Assembly: GCF_030028105.1 (NCBI RefSeq)
Contig: NC_092372.1
Span: 87,114,687-87,178,686, forward strand
From: Mobula birostris
Taxonomy: Eukaryota
Reading direction: 5' to 3'
Length of the DNA: 64,000 bases
The position numbers and the translations under genes are program-made. Positions 49,600-62,346 of the stretch are shown here, in pieces; the stretch's first letter is position 1; the number at the start of each line of letters is the position of its first letter. The notes beneath the pieces are model-generated. The model was given only the letters and a program-made list of their open reading frames with translations. It was not told where the DNA came from and did no database searches.

Positions 49600-51243
49600 T
49601 CATGTCACCATACGATATAATTGAAGCCTGCTTGAAGCAAGTGGGTACCTCAGACTGCTGAAGCAAGTGTTTAAAGATCTCAGTGAATAGTCCAGCCAGA
49701 TTTTAGTACTTTTCCAGGTACCCCATCTGGATACTTTTCATGGTTCAGTATTGATTGCAAAGAAGACCACTTGACAAAATTAAATTAAACAGGAATCTCC
49801 TGCTTACCATTAAGATCTCTTTTTGCAAAACACAGGTCTTCTCAATATTCTAAGTGTGATTAATATTAATAAAATCAAAAGTCAAAGTTGGGTTGAGTTT
49901 ATTGTCATATGACCAGGTGCAACAAACATCTTACTTGAGTATCTGGTACGAAGTATCAGATACACATCATTCACAAAAAAATTAAATTAACGGCATAAAT
50001 TATGCAATGTTATACACATAAAGCACAAAATCCAGTCCAGCTTAGTGCAAAGTGGTTAAGGTGGTCATAGTGTTGCTAAGCTAATAGTGATTAAGGTTGT
50101 GTAGGTCAGTTTAAGAACTGAATGCTTGAAGGGACATAACTGCTGGTATGGGATTTCACCTCCTGCTCTATGTAGCTATGTATAGATGACTTAGGAGAGA
50201 ATGTCCCCACAATATTTTGAGCAGAGTACACTGCTCTCTGCAGCTCCTGCACATTCAAATTGCTATTGCCGTGCCATAAATCTTTGCAGGATACTTTTAA
50301 CAGTTTAACTATAGAAGTTTGTTAGAATGTTTGGTGTTTGGAGACTGTTGTGTGATTTTTACCTCTGTGCTGGGCTCAGGATCGTGCTAACATCGAGGAT
50401 TTCAAAGCTGCTGACGCTCTCCACTGCTGATCGACCAGTGCAGACCGGAGCATGTTTGCCCTCCTTCCCCTTCCTGATGTCAACCATCAGTTCTTCAGTT
50501 TGCTGCTTGTGTACCATTCAAGCAGCTGTCCTATCTTACTCCTGTACGTGCATTCATCACTATCTGTGATTTGTCCAACAACAGTGAATTTGTAAATGGC
50601 ACAGGAGCTGTGCTTAGCCTCTCAGTTATGGGTGTAGAGGGACGACAGCAGGGAGCTAAGCACACAGCCTTGAGGTGCCATTATGTAGATGATCAGCCAG
50701 GAAGAGATATTACCAGTTCTCACTGATTGAGGTCCACCAATGAGGAAGTTGAGGGTCCTTTTGTTCAGGGAGGTATGGAGGCCCAGGTCTTGAAGCTTGT
50801 TAATAAGTTTGGAAAGGAATGTTGAACTGTAGTAAATAAACAGCAGCCTTTCTATGAGTTCCTGTTGTCCAGATGGTCCAGGGTAGATCAAAGAGCCAGA
50901 GAAATCACATCTGCTATTGACCTGTTGTGGTGGAAGGCAAATTGAAGTGGATCCAGATCATCACCAACCTACTGGGTGGTAGTCATTAAGGCAAGTCTTC
51001 GGCACCTGTACAACAGATGACTTCTTGAAGCAGGAGGGGACCTTAGATCACCAAATAAAGGGTTGAATATGTCTGTAAATATGCCAGCCTGTTGGGCCGC
51101 ACTGATCACTTATACTCAGGCAGGGTTGCCAGGTATCTTGTGGGTTCACCCTCTTGAAGGATGCCCTGATGTTGGCCTCAGAGACTGAAATTACAGAAGC
51201 TTTCAGAGATGTGGGGGCTTGCATGAGTGTGTCACAGTATTTA

Positions 51244-51292
<49 letters not shown>

Positions 51293-51425
51293 TCCTTATT
51301 GCAATTTGTAGTTTTTTATTATTAAATATTGCAGTGTATTGCTGCTGCTGCAAAACAACAAATTTCACGACATATGCCACTGATATTAACCTGATTCTAA
51401 TCCTAATTAAAGAGTTTGGCATATG
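49600..51425 (-). mobile_element. Decayed Rex1/Babar fragments
   Basis: QSEVPTCFKQASI; LINKLQDLGL...APQGCVLSSLL; boundaries approximate. Confidence 0.65.
51248..51288. repeat. (TA)n microsatellite
   Basis: About 20 TA units. Confidence 0.95.
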
Positions 51426-52043
51426 AATATTTTGAATGAGAATAATATAATGTATATCATATTTGAATAATATAAGAACATACTAAACAACAAACACAAT
51501 TACACTATAAAATATTTTTGTTGAAAAATACAAGGAGCAGGAATAAATATTTGGGTATACAAATATTATGATGAAAAATAGAAAGCAATATTTACAATAC
51601 CAAGCCTAACAGAAAAGGTCAGGTACATACAGCATTTCAATCAATAACAAGATGGCAATTTGACCCGCTTGCCTTTTCCGGTAGTCTGGTGTTTGCAAGG
51701 ATTTGGAAGAACTTTTCAGCACAGCTTTGAGCGTTCAAAGCATCCACACCTGAATATGGTATCCCCAAAGCTTTCGATTTGAAGTTCACTGCTATAAATA
51801 GCTTTGCGTTACTGTAGAATCCAGAAATATTCACAATATTTGATAGCTTTGCTGGTTCCGTCTAAGTCAGGGTACATGGTTTAATTGCCTTCTATATGGA
51901 TGGGATTTGCTGTGCCTGATATCTGTCAATCCAGCCTTCTTCCACCTGCAGGTGTGATTCCATTGCCTATCACACAATAGACAGTAGACCTCTCTAATGC
52001 ACAGATTTTCACCCCATGGGATTCAGCTGATCATATTCCACAG

Positions 52044-52956
52044 CAGCATGGGGCTGACTGTCAATACCACCAAGAAAGAAGTGGTTTGCCAATGGAGTAC
52101 CAGTGTCCCACCCACTCTACCTGCCTTCACTGTTGGTGATGAAAAGCTGTCAGTAGTGCCATCTTTCAAATATCTGGGGAGCATTCTCTCTGAGGATAGC
52201 GGCATTGACGGCGACATCCAGAGCCGCAATAAACAGGCATCAGATGCCTTTGGGAGACTTCGGCATAGAGTCTTTCAGAGCAGGAGCCTTTGTTCCTCCA
52301 CAAAGGTCGCCGTATACCAAGTGGTCTGTGTCACCACCATCCTTTATAGCTGTGAAGCTTGGGTAACCTACAGCTGTCACATCAGGTCCTTGGAGCGCTT
52401 CCACATAAGCTGCCTCCAGCGCGTCCCGGGAATTACCTGGCGTGAGCGGGTGCCTCACACTGAAACACTTGTAAAGACCAACTGCAGAAGTATTGAGGCC
52501 ATGATCACCCAGCATCAGCTGCAGTGGCTGGGGCTTGTGATAAGGATGCCCCCATGTCGGCTACCCCGCAGAGTGTTATACGGCCAGCTACATCATGGTC
52601 GACACTCAGCTGGAAGGTCGAAGAAGCGCTATAAAGATCAGATGAAGAATGCTTTAAGGAAGTGCAATATCAGACCCGAGGACCTGGAGGAGGTTGCTGC
52701 TGATGGTACCACTTGGCGACAGCTGTGTAGGGACAGGGTTCGTATTCTGGAGATGGAAAGAACAACCAGAAGACAGCAGAAGAGAGCCAGGAGAAATGCA
52801 GCCATGGTTGCCACCACCACCACCACCATTATTACATATACATGTCCCACCTGCAATAGAGCTTGTGGGTCCAGGATAGGACTGTATAGTCATCAAAGAT
52901 CTCACCATTAAAGGAGTGGATATCGTCATCGGATTTTGATGGACAACCGAAGAAGA
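52044..52956 (+). mobile_element. 5'-truncated RTE-clade LINE about 1 kb upstream of QDPR
   Basis: GLTVNTTK, FKYLGS, AFGRL, LYSCEAW, RLPRRVLYG, C2H2 CPTCNRACGSRIGLYSHQRSH; (gaa)n tail; 9-bp TSD attccacag (52035-52043, 52957-52965). Confidence 0.9.
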
Positions 52957-53074
52957 ATTCCACAGAGCTTTATTTGACTGGATCCAGGTGTTCAAATTTT
53001 ATTCAGAAGCCAGTGATGAGTGTGGATTGTTTGTTCTGGGCCAATGATTATCCTTTCACCGGTATATCTGAGTC

Positions 53075-53335
53075 AATTTATTTATTGAGATACTGCACAG
53101 AATTGCCCTTTAAGCCATGCCGCCCAGCAACCGCCCGATTTAATCCCAGCCTAATCACAGGAAAATTTACAATGACCAATTTACCTACCAACTAGTGTGT
53201 TTTTGGATTGTGGGAGGAAACCAGAGCTCCAGAGGAAACCACCACCCACAAACTTCCTACAGGCAGAGGTGGGAAATGAACTAGCGTCTCTGATACTTTA
53301 AAACATTGTGCTAACCACTACGCTGTCATGCCACC
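53075..53335 (-). mobile_element. V-SINE copy
   Basis: ttggattgtgggaggaaaccagagc...gctaaccactacgc. Confidence 0.6.
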
Positions 53336-53819
53336 CTTTTCTGAAGGCTGCTTCATTAGCAGCTTGATATGTACTAATCTGTAGTGTTACCACATTTCTG
53401 ACTCTGCAACAGTGACTGCTTTTAATGAAAATATTTCATTAACAATTGAACTTTGGGACATTTTGAAAAGATTGTAAAAGATGTTATCTAAATTCAAAAT
53501 TTTCTTTGTATTCTGTTGTAACCCAATTTGAAAAATAAAGTATTTTTTATGATATGAAATGCAGGTTCCCTTTTTTGGTTTATTAAGAAAATACGTGGTA
53601 GGCACTGAGAGTGGTGATTGATTCTCCTGTTCTATGGTGCTGGTTATTTTCGGGCCAGGCAGCATCTATGGGAAAAAATTCAATCGACGTTTCCATTAAT
53701 GCTGCCTAACCTGCTGAGTTCCTCCAGCATTCTGTGCGTGTTGCTCAGATGTCCAGCATCCGCAGATTTCTCTTGTCTTGTTTGCTGGTCGTTTCCAGTT
53801 TAGTTTTGTGTAGAGGTTG

Positions 53820-53981
53820 CAGTAAGTCCTCCGGGGCGAAGGTGGTGCTGATGGCAGATAGAGTCGAACCTTCTTTCAACCCATGTTTGGGCTGAGTGCC
53901 TCAGTGAACGTCGTCAACTGAGTGACAGTGTGCAGCAACCAAGAACAACCGACCTGCTTTCGTTCCGCAAGACGATAGGCA
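53820..53981 (+). promoter_or_regulatory. Probable QDPR promoter / 5' UTR (CpG-enriched)
   Basis: Local CpG enrichment directly upstream of the QDPR ATG in an AT-rich background; TSS not determinable. Confidence 0.5.
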
Positions 53982-54068
53982 ATGGCAGCAGCTCGTAAAG
54001 TCATCGTGTACGGAGGAAAGGGCGCCCTAGGAACCAAATGCGTGGAGATTTTTAAATCTAAGCACTGG
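53982..54068 (+). CDS. QDPR: Dihydropteridine reductase, exon 1 (MAAARKVIVYGGKGALGTKCVEIFKSKHW)
   Basis: gcaATGg start; Rossmann-fold YGGKGALG motif; gtatgt donor. Confidence 0.96.
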
Positions 54069-54427
54069 GTATGTAGCTAAAGTGGGAACGACTGTGTCCT
54101 GGGCACACGGTCAACGCTAGGGATGTGTAACTGGGTGATAAAATGAATTCAATTCAGAGTTTCTCAATTAAATGTGCTGTGCGAAGCGAAATACACGTTC
54201 AACACTAAAGTGTTGAAACGTGAAATGACCTGTGATTTTACATTTAAGTAACTAAGCGTTACACTTGTCTTTCGTTCTGCACTCAGCACGTTGTGCTTGG
54301 TGACCAGTGGAGCCACAGGTGGATTGACAGATGGGCGGATATATATGTCAGATTGTGTTGGAGTTTCATCATCGCCTGGATTTGCTTCATGATCCTGTTA
54401 TCGTGTTATAACTTTTCTCTGTTGCAG

Positions 54428-54520
54428 TGGGTTGCCTCCATTGATTTCACATCTAATGAAGAGGCGAATGCGAGTGTCATTGTACAGACGAGCGAGTCCT
54501 TCACCGAGCAGGCAGAGCAG
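54428..54520 (+). CDS. QDPR: Dihydropteridine reductase, exon 2 (93 nt; [31 protein letters not shown])
   Basis: ttgcag acceptor and gtaaca donor; WVASID..NEEA..SFTEQA motif. Confidence 0.96.
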
Positions 54521-55305
54521 GTAACAGCTGAAGACTATCATAGCCACAGGTGACATCTACTCCTAAAGATACAGCAGAGCAGACGACATTTAGTCCTGGT
54601 GTGTGCAGGCGAAGAAGGTGATTATGGTTCTTGACAGGTGTGGATGAAAAGGTGACAACAGCTACATACAGGTACAGGTAGACCAGGTGACAGCTGCTAT
54701 TGATACAATGAGTAGGTGACAGTCGGTAGGGATGCTATCTCCATCACAGGAGCCTAGATGATAATTGATTCTGACAAGTACATCTGGATGGCAACTGCAG
54801 TGGATTGAGACAAGCAGAACAGTAATAAATGTAAGGCAGGGTCTTATAATTAATAAGATGGATATGAGCATACATATTAGGATCACAAGTAACCCAAAGA
54901 GACTTCAAGCCTTTTCTACAGTTCTAAAAGATCATAGCTGATCTAACTGTAATTTCAACTCTGCATGCCTATCTATCCCTGGTAACCCCTCACCCCTTGC
55001 TAATCCAACATCCATCTGCCTCTGTCTTCACAATATTCAGTAGCTCTATTCCCATCAGCCTTTTCAGGAAGAGAGCTTCAGACTGGTGATGATGAGAGGA
55101 AAACATTTGCTCCACTTCTGCCTTAAATATGCAACTGCCTTGTTTTTAAACAGTGACTGGTAGTACTGGATTCTCCCAGTAGAGGAAACATCCTCTCCCT
55201 CTTTACCCTCTCAACACATCTCAGGACCTTAGGGTGAATGGAAAATTCATCTATTGATTGTGAAAGCAAAGATAGAAGTTTTACATGTCGTTCTCATTTG
55301 GATAG

Positions 55306-55402
55306 GTTACCGCTGATATTGCCAGCCTTCTTGGGGAACAGAAGGTGGACGCCATCATCTGTGTAGCAGGGGGTTGGGCAGGTGGCAGTGCCAAAGCAAA
55401 AT
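55306..55402 (+). CDS. QDPR: Dihydropteridine reductase, exon 3 (97 nt; [32 protein letters not shown])
   Basis: atag acceptor and gtaagt donor; CVAGGWAGG signature. Confidence 0.97.
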
Positions 55403-56128
55403 GTAAGTGTGTATACTTTACACAGCCACAGCACTCATTTATACAAGGACAATGTTTTAATCAAAATGCATATGATTTAGCAATTAAGGATTTTGCATGA
55501 ATTCATGATATTAAGTTCTAATTTTACTAAGCTTATGATAACATCTTGTCACTTCTGCCTTAAATCAGCAGAATGAATTCATTTGGGAAAATTCCTGTTT
55601 TTAACATGCTACCTGAATGAGGGTGTGAATGCCTTTGGGTTTATCGATCCTAAGTTTACATTAGGTTGAATGTCCTGTTTTACCTTTCGGATCATGCTTG
55701 CTCTGATAATTTTATGTACTTAGAAGTGATCAGCTGTAGTCCTTCCATACTTTAGCATGGGGAATGATGCTAAGTGCATGAGAGTAATTAATTGAAATTT
55801 AAGATTATGGTAGGATGAAACCACAATATTACATGGATGCAATCAGGTCTGTCCCAAGGGTGTAGGAGTAATGAAGGGCCCTAATGCTTTCTGATTCTTT
55901 GCTCTGCAGCCTTGCATTAAAGAAAATATTTCAACTGTCTCCTTGCTTATTTCTGTGGGGCTATTAAGTAAACACTGATATTGTAATAACAAAGATACTT
56001 CAGATGCATACCATTTTCCTTTGACATCTTGGGGAAATGATCCTCTGTTTACATTTTGCAATATGGCTAATCTTTGTCTGATGCGAAATAAAATTTGGCA
56101 ATGACTTTTGTTGTTTTATTTCTCAAAG

Positions 56129-56269
56129 CTCTTTATAAAAATGCTGACTTGATGTGGAAGCAGAGCATGTGGACATCTACAATCTCCAGTCATTTAGCCA
56201 CAAAATATCTCAAAGATGATGGCTTGTTGGCACTTACTGGAGCAAGTGCTGCTTTAAGTGGGACACCAG
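56129..56269 (+). CDS. QDPR: Dihydropteridine reductase, exon 4 (141 nt; (S)[46 protein letters not shown])
   Basis: caaag acceptor and gtgagt donor; [17 protein letters not shown] signature. Confidence 0.97.
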
Positions 56270-56819
56270 GTGAGTAGGACTTTCCTGATTGCTCTCTGAA
56301 AATATTAAATGGATTTTATTACCATTAGGTCTTTAAGTCTTATCAAATGTATGTATGTATCTGCTGCTTTGCTATGTAATTTGAAATGCTACCAAAAAAT
56401 AACTTGGTCTTTCTTATTTTTGGTGTACATACACATTTATATACTGGACTGATTGAGGAGTACAGTGGAATTAGTTACTAATTCATTAAAGATCCAGATG
56501 CAGTTTCAACATTGGAGCATAATTCAATAATATGAACTTCTGAAAGTTTATTTTACTTCTAAGTAATGTTTGAAGAACTTTGAGGTTGTCTGAGATATTG
56601 CAGCAGCAGATATTAGGACAATCATTTCACTCAATAGCCTCATTGTAATTAATGCATATATTTGAAAAGGAACAATGACACCAGGATCTTGAGCTGCAAC
56701 AGTTAAGTGTGAGACCTTTAGGGAAAGGAGTTCTGGAAGGGTAAAGTTTCCTGTAGATTTTTTAACAGGTCCCCTATGTCCTTGATTGTTCTGGTAAAGC
56801 ACCTTCCATGCATTGTACC

Positions 56820-57150
56820 TTACCTTATGACTGTGAAGCTAAGCACAGCCCCAATCTAATTTTTAAGTTTGTTGATGATACCACTGTTGTTGGCTGAATC
56901 AAAGATGGTGATGAATTAGCAGATAGGAGAGAGATTGAAAATCTGGCTGAGTGGTGCCACAACAACAACCTCTTATTCAATGTCAGCAAAACCAAGGTAC
57001 AGAAACCTGAGAAGAGTTTATTTGTCATATATGCTGGGAAAGCACCTTTTTCAGGGAGTTGATTGTTGACTTCAGTAGGTGGAACCCAGAGGTCCATGAG
57101 CCAATCCTCACTGGAGGATTGGAGGTGGAGAGGGTCAGCGATTGAAACAC
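56820..57150 (+). mobile_element. Rex1/Babar fragments
   Basis: FKFVDDTTVVG...YRREIENLAEWC. Confidence 0.65.
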
Positions 57151-57477
57151 CTTGACTGCACACAGGTCCCCAAAAACATATCTCCATTTAACTAATTATG
57201 TGAATTTTAAAACCAACTGGCTGCACCAGTGATGATTTGGTGCGTCATATTAAACGGGGAGAAAACACTTATGCAATCAATTATTTTGTGTTTTAAATTT
57301 GTAATTAATTTGGATCACTTTGTAAAGATCTGTTTTCACTTTGACACAGAAGAGTCTTTTTCTGTTTATCAGTGTCAAAAAGGCCAAGTTAAATCCGCTG
57401 TGATTCAATGTTGTAAAATAATAAAACAAGAAAACTTCCGGGGTGGGGGGGGGGTGAATATTTTTTACAGACACTGT
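57150..57477. mobile_element. Tc1/mariner terminal fragment
   Basis: Ends ggggtgaatattttttacagacactg followed by TA, typical of a Tc1-like TIR end. Confidence 0.55.
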
Positions 57478-59619
57478 ATATATACTTTGATAATAAATTT
57501 ACTTTGAAATTCAAACTTTCTTTAATTCATTTTGAAACTGGCAGTGAGATCAGAATCTTGAGGAACTTTAATGGACATCCTTAAATAAATTAAAATATTT
57601 AACTTATTGCATTGACATTTACTTAACTTGTGATTAATCTGGAATAATTAAAAAACACCTATTTCTGTAGCAATGATCTAGAAACCATAGGATTATCTCA
57701 GATATCCATTTGGTTCAGCAATATCCTTCTAGGAAGGAAATTTGCCATTCATACATGCTGCATGTGATGCCAGATCCATTAATCTCTTCCATTCAGAGCG
57801 AGTTAGAGATGGGAGATAAATGCCGTATAACCAGATCCTCATCCTATGTGTGGGCTATCCATTCCCACTGAGCCCTCTGCAACCTCTTTTGTCGGTTCTT
57901 AATTTCAGTCATATGGACTTTGGCATCTTGTCCGAACTGAGCTGCCAGTCTACTTTAATCGGGGGGGGAAGAAGAGTTTCAAAAAAATAACAGTTAATTT
58001 AATATCTTATTAGAATTTTAGCATGGAGCTGTTTGCTTCAGAAAGCTATGAATCAGTGGGGAGATGATAAGGATTGTCTTTGCACATCGAGTTGTAGAGG
58101 TAGGAAATGACTGAAGACTGAGGAGCAGTTTCATCGGGATTCAACATTGGGAATTTGATAAATTCTTAAAAAGGAAAGAAAATCACACCACTTCACTTAA
58201 AGACAACTGGTGTAGTATTAATTGAAAAGCTATTTCAAAGAGCCAGGACAAGTGTTATCTTTTGTATGTTCTGTTGTTCTTTGAAACTATGGGGCTGATT
58301 GTGCTAAATGCTTGCAGAATTTTCAGGTATTTATAGTTCACTCCACAGCTTCATTGGAACCAAATGTATTCTATTGAAGATGACAAGCAAATGTTTAATG
58401 CCAAAAACTCAACCCAGGTTACCTCCACATGTCTTTGTATCAAAAGCACAATGTTTTGAAACTTTTGTGATCAAAACCATGTTTATTGTTGCCATTGTGC
58501 AAACATACCTTGGATGTGGCGCCTTCTGAACATTATTTTAGTTACAATTTATCTTTTTATTTATTTACTATAGTTCTTCGCTGGTTTATTGCGTTTACTC
58601 ATAAGAGATGTGTAAATAGTTTAAGCTTAGCAAAAATACAAAAATAACTGCTGCTGCTGTAAGTCTGAAATTAAAATAGAAAAAGATAGAAACACTCAGG
58701 TTTGGTTTCCCTCATAATTTGTTAATCTTATCTGCTTTCAAGCTTTGGAGGTTGCAGTGGGGATAACAAATGTACTGATTATGTAAGAGAGCATGGACAG
58801 ATTCATAAAATTATGAAGCAGATTTTGTGAGTTCAAAAGGTTATAACATCCTTCTGTCTTATTTATTGAAGGTATGATTTTATACTTCAATATACTTTGC
58901 AATATTGGTCTCATGATGATTATTTCAGATTTAATTGTAAGTTCCAGCCACTTAGAACCACAATTTCAGGTTCTGTGTTCAGATGAAAATGAACCAGCTG
59001 GTTTAAATTTGTGCAGGGTTGTTTGGTTTGACCTTCTGTCTAATCAATACAATGAACAACTGTTGGAGCCAGTGAACTGTGACCGGTTTCCTAATGTGCA
59101 CTGTCAATAATTAGTCAGTCGCAACCATTACTGCTGGGTTTTAAGGATTTGCTTTTTTGACAATAGAATGCAGTTCATAGTTCTTTTAGATCAATCTACT
59201 CTTTAGGAAACCACTAAAAATTGAATGTTAATGATCTTGCTTTCCAAACATACTTATTGGCATTTCTTTATAATGGTAAATATTAAACCTCTGATTAGTT
59301 TTAAGTTTATTAATTAACTATTTATTCCTTATATAAAGATGTCTTTTCTAAATTATGTTTTAATTATTTTGTCTTCGTATCAACCACAAAGATCTTTGGA
59401 ATGGATTATACTTGTATTTGCCTGGCAATCCTATAAAGAATTGGTAGCTTCCTGTCACCTGTTATGCAACTTGCCTCTAACTTTCATGTCTGCATGTAAA
59501 AATACAGAAGTCAAAGGTGAGCTGGAGGTCAGATGAAGCTCATCTGACAATCTACTCCACCAGCGGTCTTGTCATTGAACCTGGCAGTTTAATGCAGGAA
59601 CCAGGGTTACTGAAGCTGA

Positions 59620-60535
59620 TGCTACGTCCACACTAGACCGGATAATTTTGAAAAGGCTGATTTTGAGTAAAAATGACAGGCGTCCACACTAAGCGTTTTT
59701 CAAAATATCTCTGTCCACATTAAAATGGATATTTGGGCGAATCTACTCCTACTGGGCATGCGCAGGCACATCTACAGAAAACAAGCGAAGAGGAAACGGT
59801 ATAATATTTACGTTTCTGCGGCGGCGTTGTGCTATTTCCATTGGTCGAAAACTAGAGTACCAACAATAACAGCGAAAGAAAGTTCTCAACAATGTCTTTG
59901 AGGAATACAAAGAAAACCTCCACTGGAAAAAGCAGACCGGACTTCTTCGTTTAGACAGACGATGAAGTCGAGCTGTTTCTACGAGTTACAAACGACTACG
60001 AAGTCAGCAAAGCAGTGGAGAACATGGAGATGTTTAATTCCAAACAAGCTATTAACGTAGACAATAAAGTAAACAACACATGCATGAAGCTGTCCTCTAC
60101 CCAAGATCAACAAGAGAGTGGAATCTTTGGCCGCCAGACCTGCGCAGTATTTCTGACATTAATATTTTTAAAGATAGACTCAATCAAATCAATTTAGGGT
60201 ATCTAGTCAGAAAAGCTCACTTTACAATTTAACTCTCACGCCATTCACACCGACTGCACGTTATAACAGCCGTACGGTAGTGCTTGCACAGTACCAAGCA
60301 GAAGCAGAAAAAGCATTGTTGTTGTGATGTTGTCATGGCAGTGTTTTTAAATCTCTCCGTTTACCCCGTCCACACTACAACGCGCAACAATCGTTTTCAA
60401 ATTTACACACTCGAGAGTGTTTTAGAAAAGCTCCGTTTTCGGGGGATGAAGACGCCGTTTCAATGTGGACGGAGGGTCAAAACAAAGAGAAAAGGCTTCA
60501 TTTTCAAAATTATCCAGCCTAGTGTGGACGTAGCC
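59620..60535. mobile_element. PIF/Harbinger deletion derivative in QDPR intron 4
   Basis: About 33-bp TIRs gctacgtccacactag..ggataattttgaaaa / ttttcaaaattatcc..ctagtgtggacgtagc; 3-bp TSD tga; internal Myb/SANT-like remnant FFV*TDDEVELFLRV near 59943. Confidence 0.85.
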
Positions 60536-62237
60536 TGAGTTTACTTATTTTACTTTGATTTAATATTCCCATTGCCTGTGATATTTACTTATTTATGTTA
60601 AAAACAATTTCAAGATATTCAACTCTACTTGAACGATTTTTAAAAATTCTCTGAAAACATTCTCCTTATCGGAGGTTACACATTCCCCCTGTGACTGCGT
60701 TGGTTCCCCCCCCCCCATACCAAAGACGTGCGGGATAGCATGTTAACAGGCCACTGTAAATTATCCTTTGTGTATTATAGAGTGGTGGAACTTGTGAGAT
60801 GTTCTGAAAAGGTGGGAGAAGAAAATGGATTTATGTAAATGGGTGTTTAATGGATGACATGGTCTCCTTCGCCTTGTTTTTGTGCTGCATCACGATGACT
60901 CTATGACAAGTTGACAAAAATAAATGGTTAAAAGCCCCTTGAACAATTTTTAGTGCAATAGTTCCAAAGACATAGACTATCAAAATGCCATCAGGGCTGC
61001 CCGGATGGTCTGATTGTGGGATGACTCTCAGATATCAAGGGTCAGTATGGTCCATCAGATTCCAAATGGGTCAGTCTGGGTGGGATCACAACGGGTTAAT
61101 GTGGGCGGGATCACAACACTGGTGAGTTCAGGTAGAAGGCTGGATGCAATCCAAAGGATTGTTATTTACCTCATTATTTACCCCTTTCCTAATCTTGAAG
61201 ACCTCTGTTGTGACTGAACTAAAACTGAGTCACAACGGAGCTGTAACTGGGAAATATAGAAGTCTTTTTTCACACAGCGAACTTTCAGCAGAGGGAGTCC
61301 AAGAGAATCTCAATGTCCTGACAGGAAGTTTTATACTTCTTCAACACAACGATTACAATAAATGATTAACTATAGATTCAATTAATAGTCACCTACTTAA
61401 CTTGAACATTTTGAATATAGTTAGGCAAATTTACAGAATTTATACTTACAATGGTAGCATATCACAACTAGCAGAACCCCTTTTGAATAGTCAATGCTGG
61501 TGTCTGTTTCAAAAGCCAGATACATGAAATATACCCCTTTTGTTACAGTATTGTGGGATATCTCCATGAATGCACAACCAACCAGAAAGTTAAGAGACTC
61601 TACTGTGCGTTAAATAGCAGGAACGTTCACCTATTGTCATCTCCAATGTAATTTCAATGGGACAGAATCAAAATGTCCCATTAAGTTGTGCACAGGTTTT
61701 ATTTCTTAAAGACTGGTTCTTATTTTAGTTAATCCGTAATTATGCTACCCATAATGTCATTACTCCAGAATGATCCCTAACATCCAACATCAGGTCAAAT
61801 GTCATAAAGTAAAGCCTTAACTTAAAGCCTCTTCATAATTTTGGGTAGAGTTTATAAATTCAAAGAGAAGGAGATTAGTTCATTGGTTCAAAAGTATGTC
61901 AATTAAGGAGCATGGGAATGATTAGACTGAGAGGATTGTGTAATTAGATTAGGAGGGGCCTTGATTGTGAAAAATACTGAACAAATACAACATATTAGGA
62001 TTGCAATGTGCGGTACCATTTTTGACTGAAAAGGATGCCTGGTTGCGTATCTGCTGAGTGATTCTGAGTGTGGAATCTCTAGAAGTCATGGTGCAGCCAT
62101 TTGGTGGGTGGGGAAATAAAACAGCTTGATCTCCCATTTAACATGTCTTTGTGGTTGTTGTGATTGAGGTTAAGAACTTACCTTTGCTTTAAGAACTGCA
62201 CCAGTTTTGTGCTTCAGCCCATCTGTTTCCCATTTAG

Positions 62238-62346
62238 GAATGGTGGGCTATGGCATGGCAAAAGCAGCTGTACATCAACTGTGTCGGAGTCTAGCTGGAG
62301 AGAACAGCGGATTGCCAGTTGGATCTTCTGCTCTTGCAATTTTGCC
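62238..62346 (+). CDS. QDPR: Dihydropteridine reductase, exon 5 (109 nt; (G)[35 protein letters not shown])
   Basis: tttag acceptor and gtaagt donor; catalytic YxxxK (YGMAK); later exons lie beyond the window. Confidence 0.97.

Noticed and set aside
51637-51834. 65-aa minus-strand ORF in the CLRN2/QDPR intergenic region
   Set aside because: No recognisable homology or splice support
54521-54535. VTAED peptide and 14/15-nt match shared between QDPR intron 2 and the CLRN2 C-terminal codons near 38356-38370
   Set aside because: Short match with no extension; treated as coincidence
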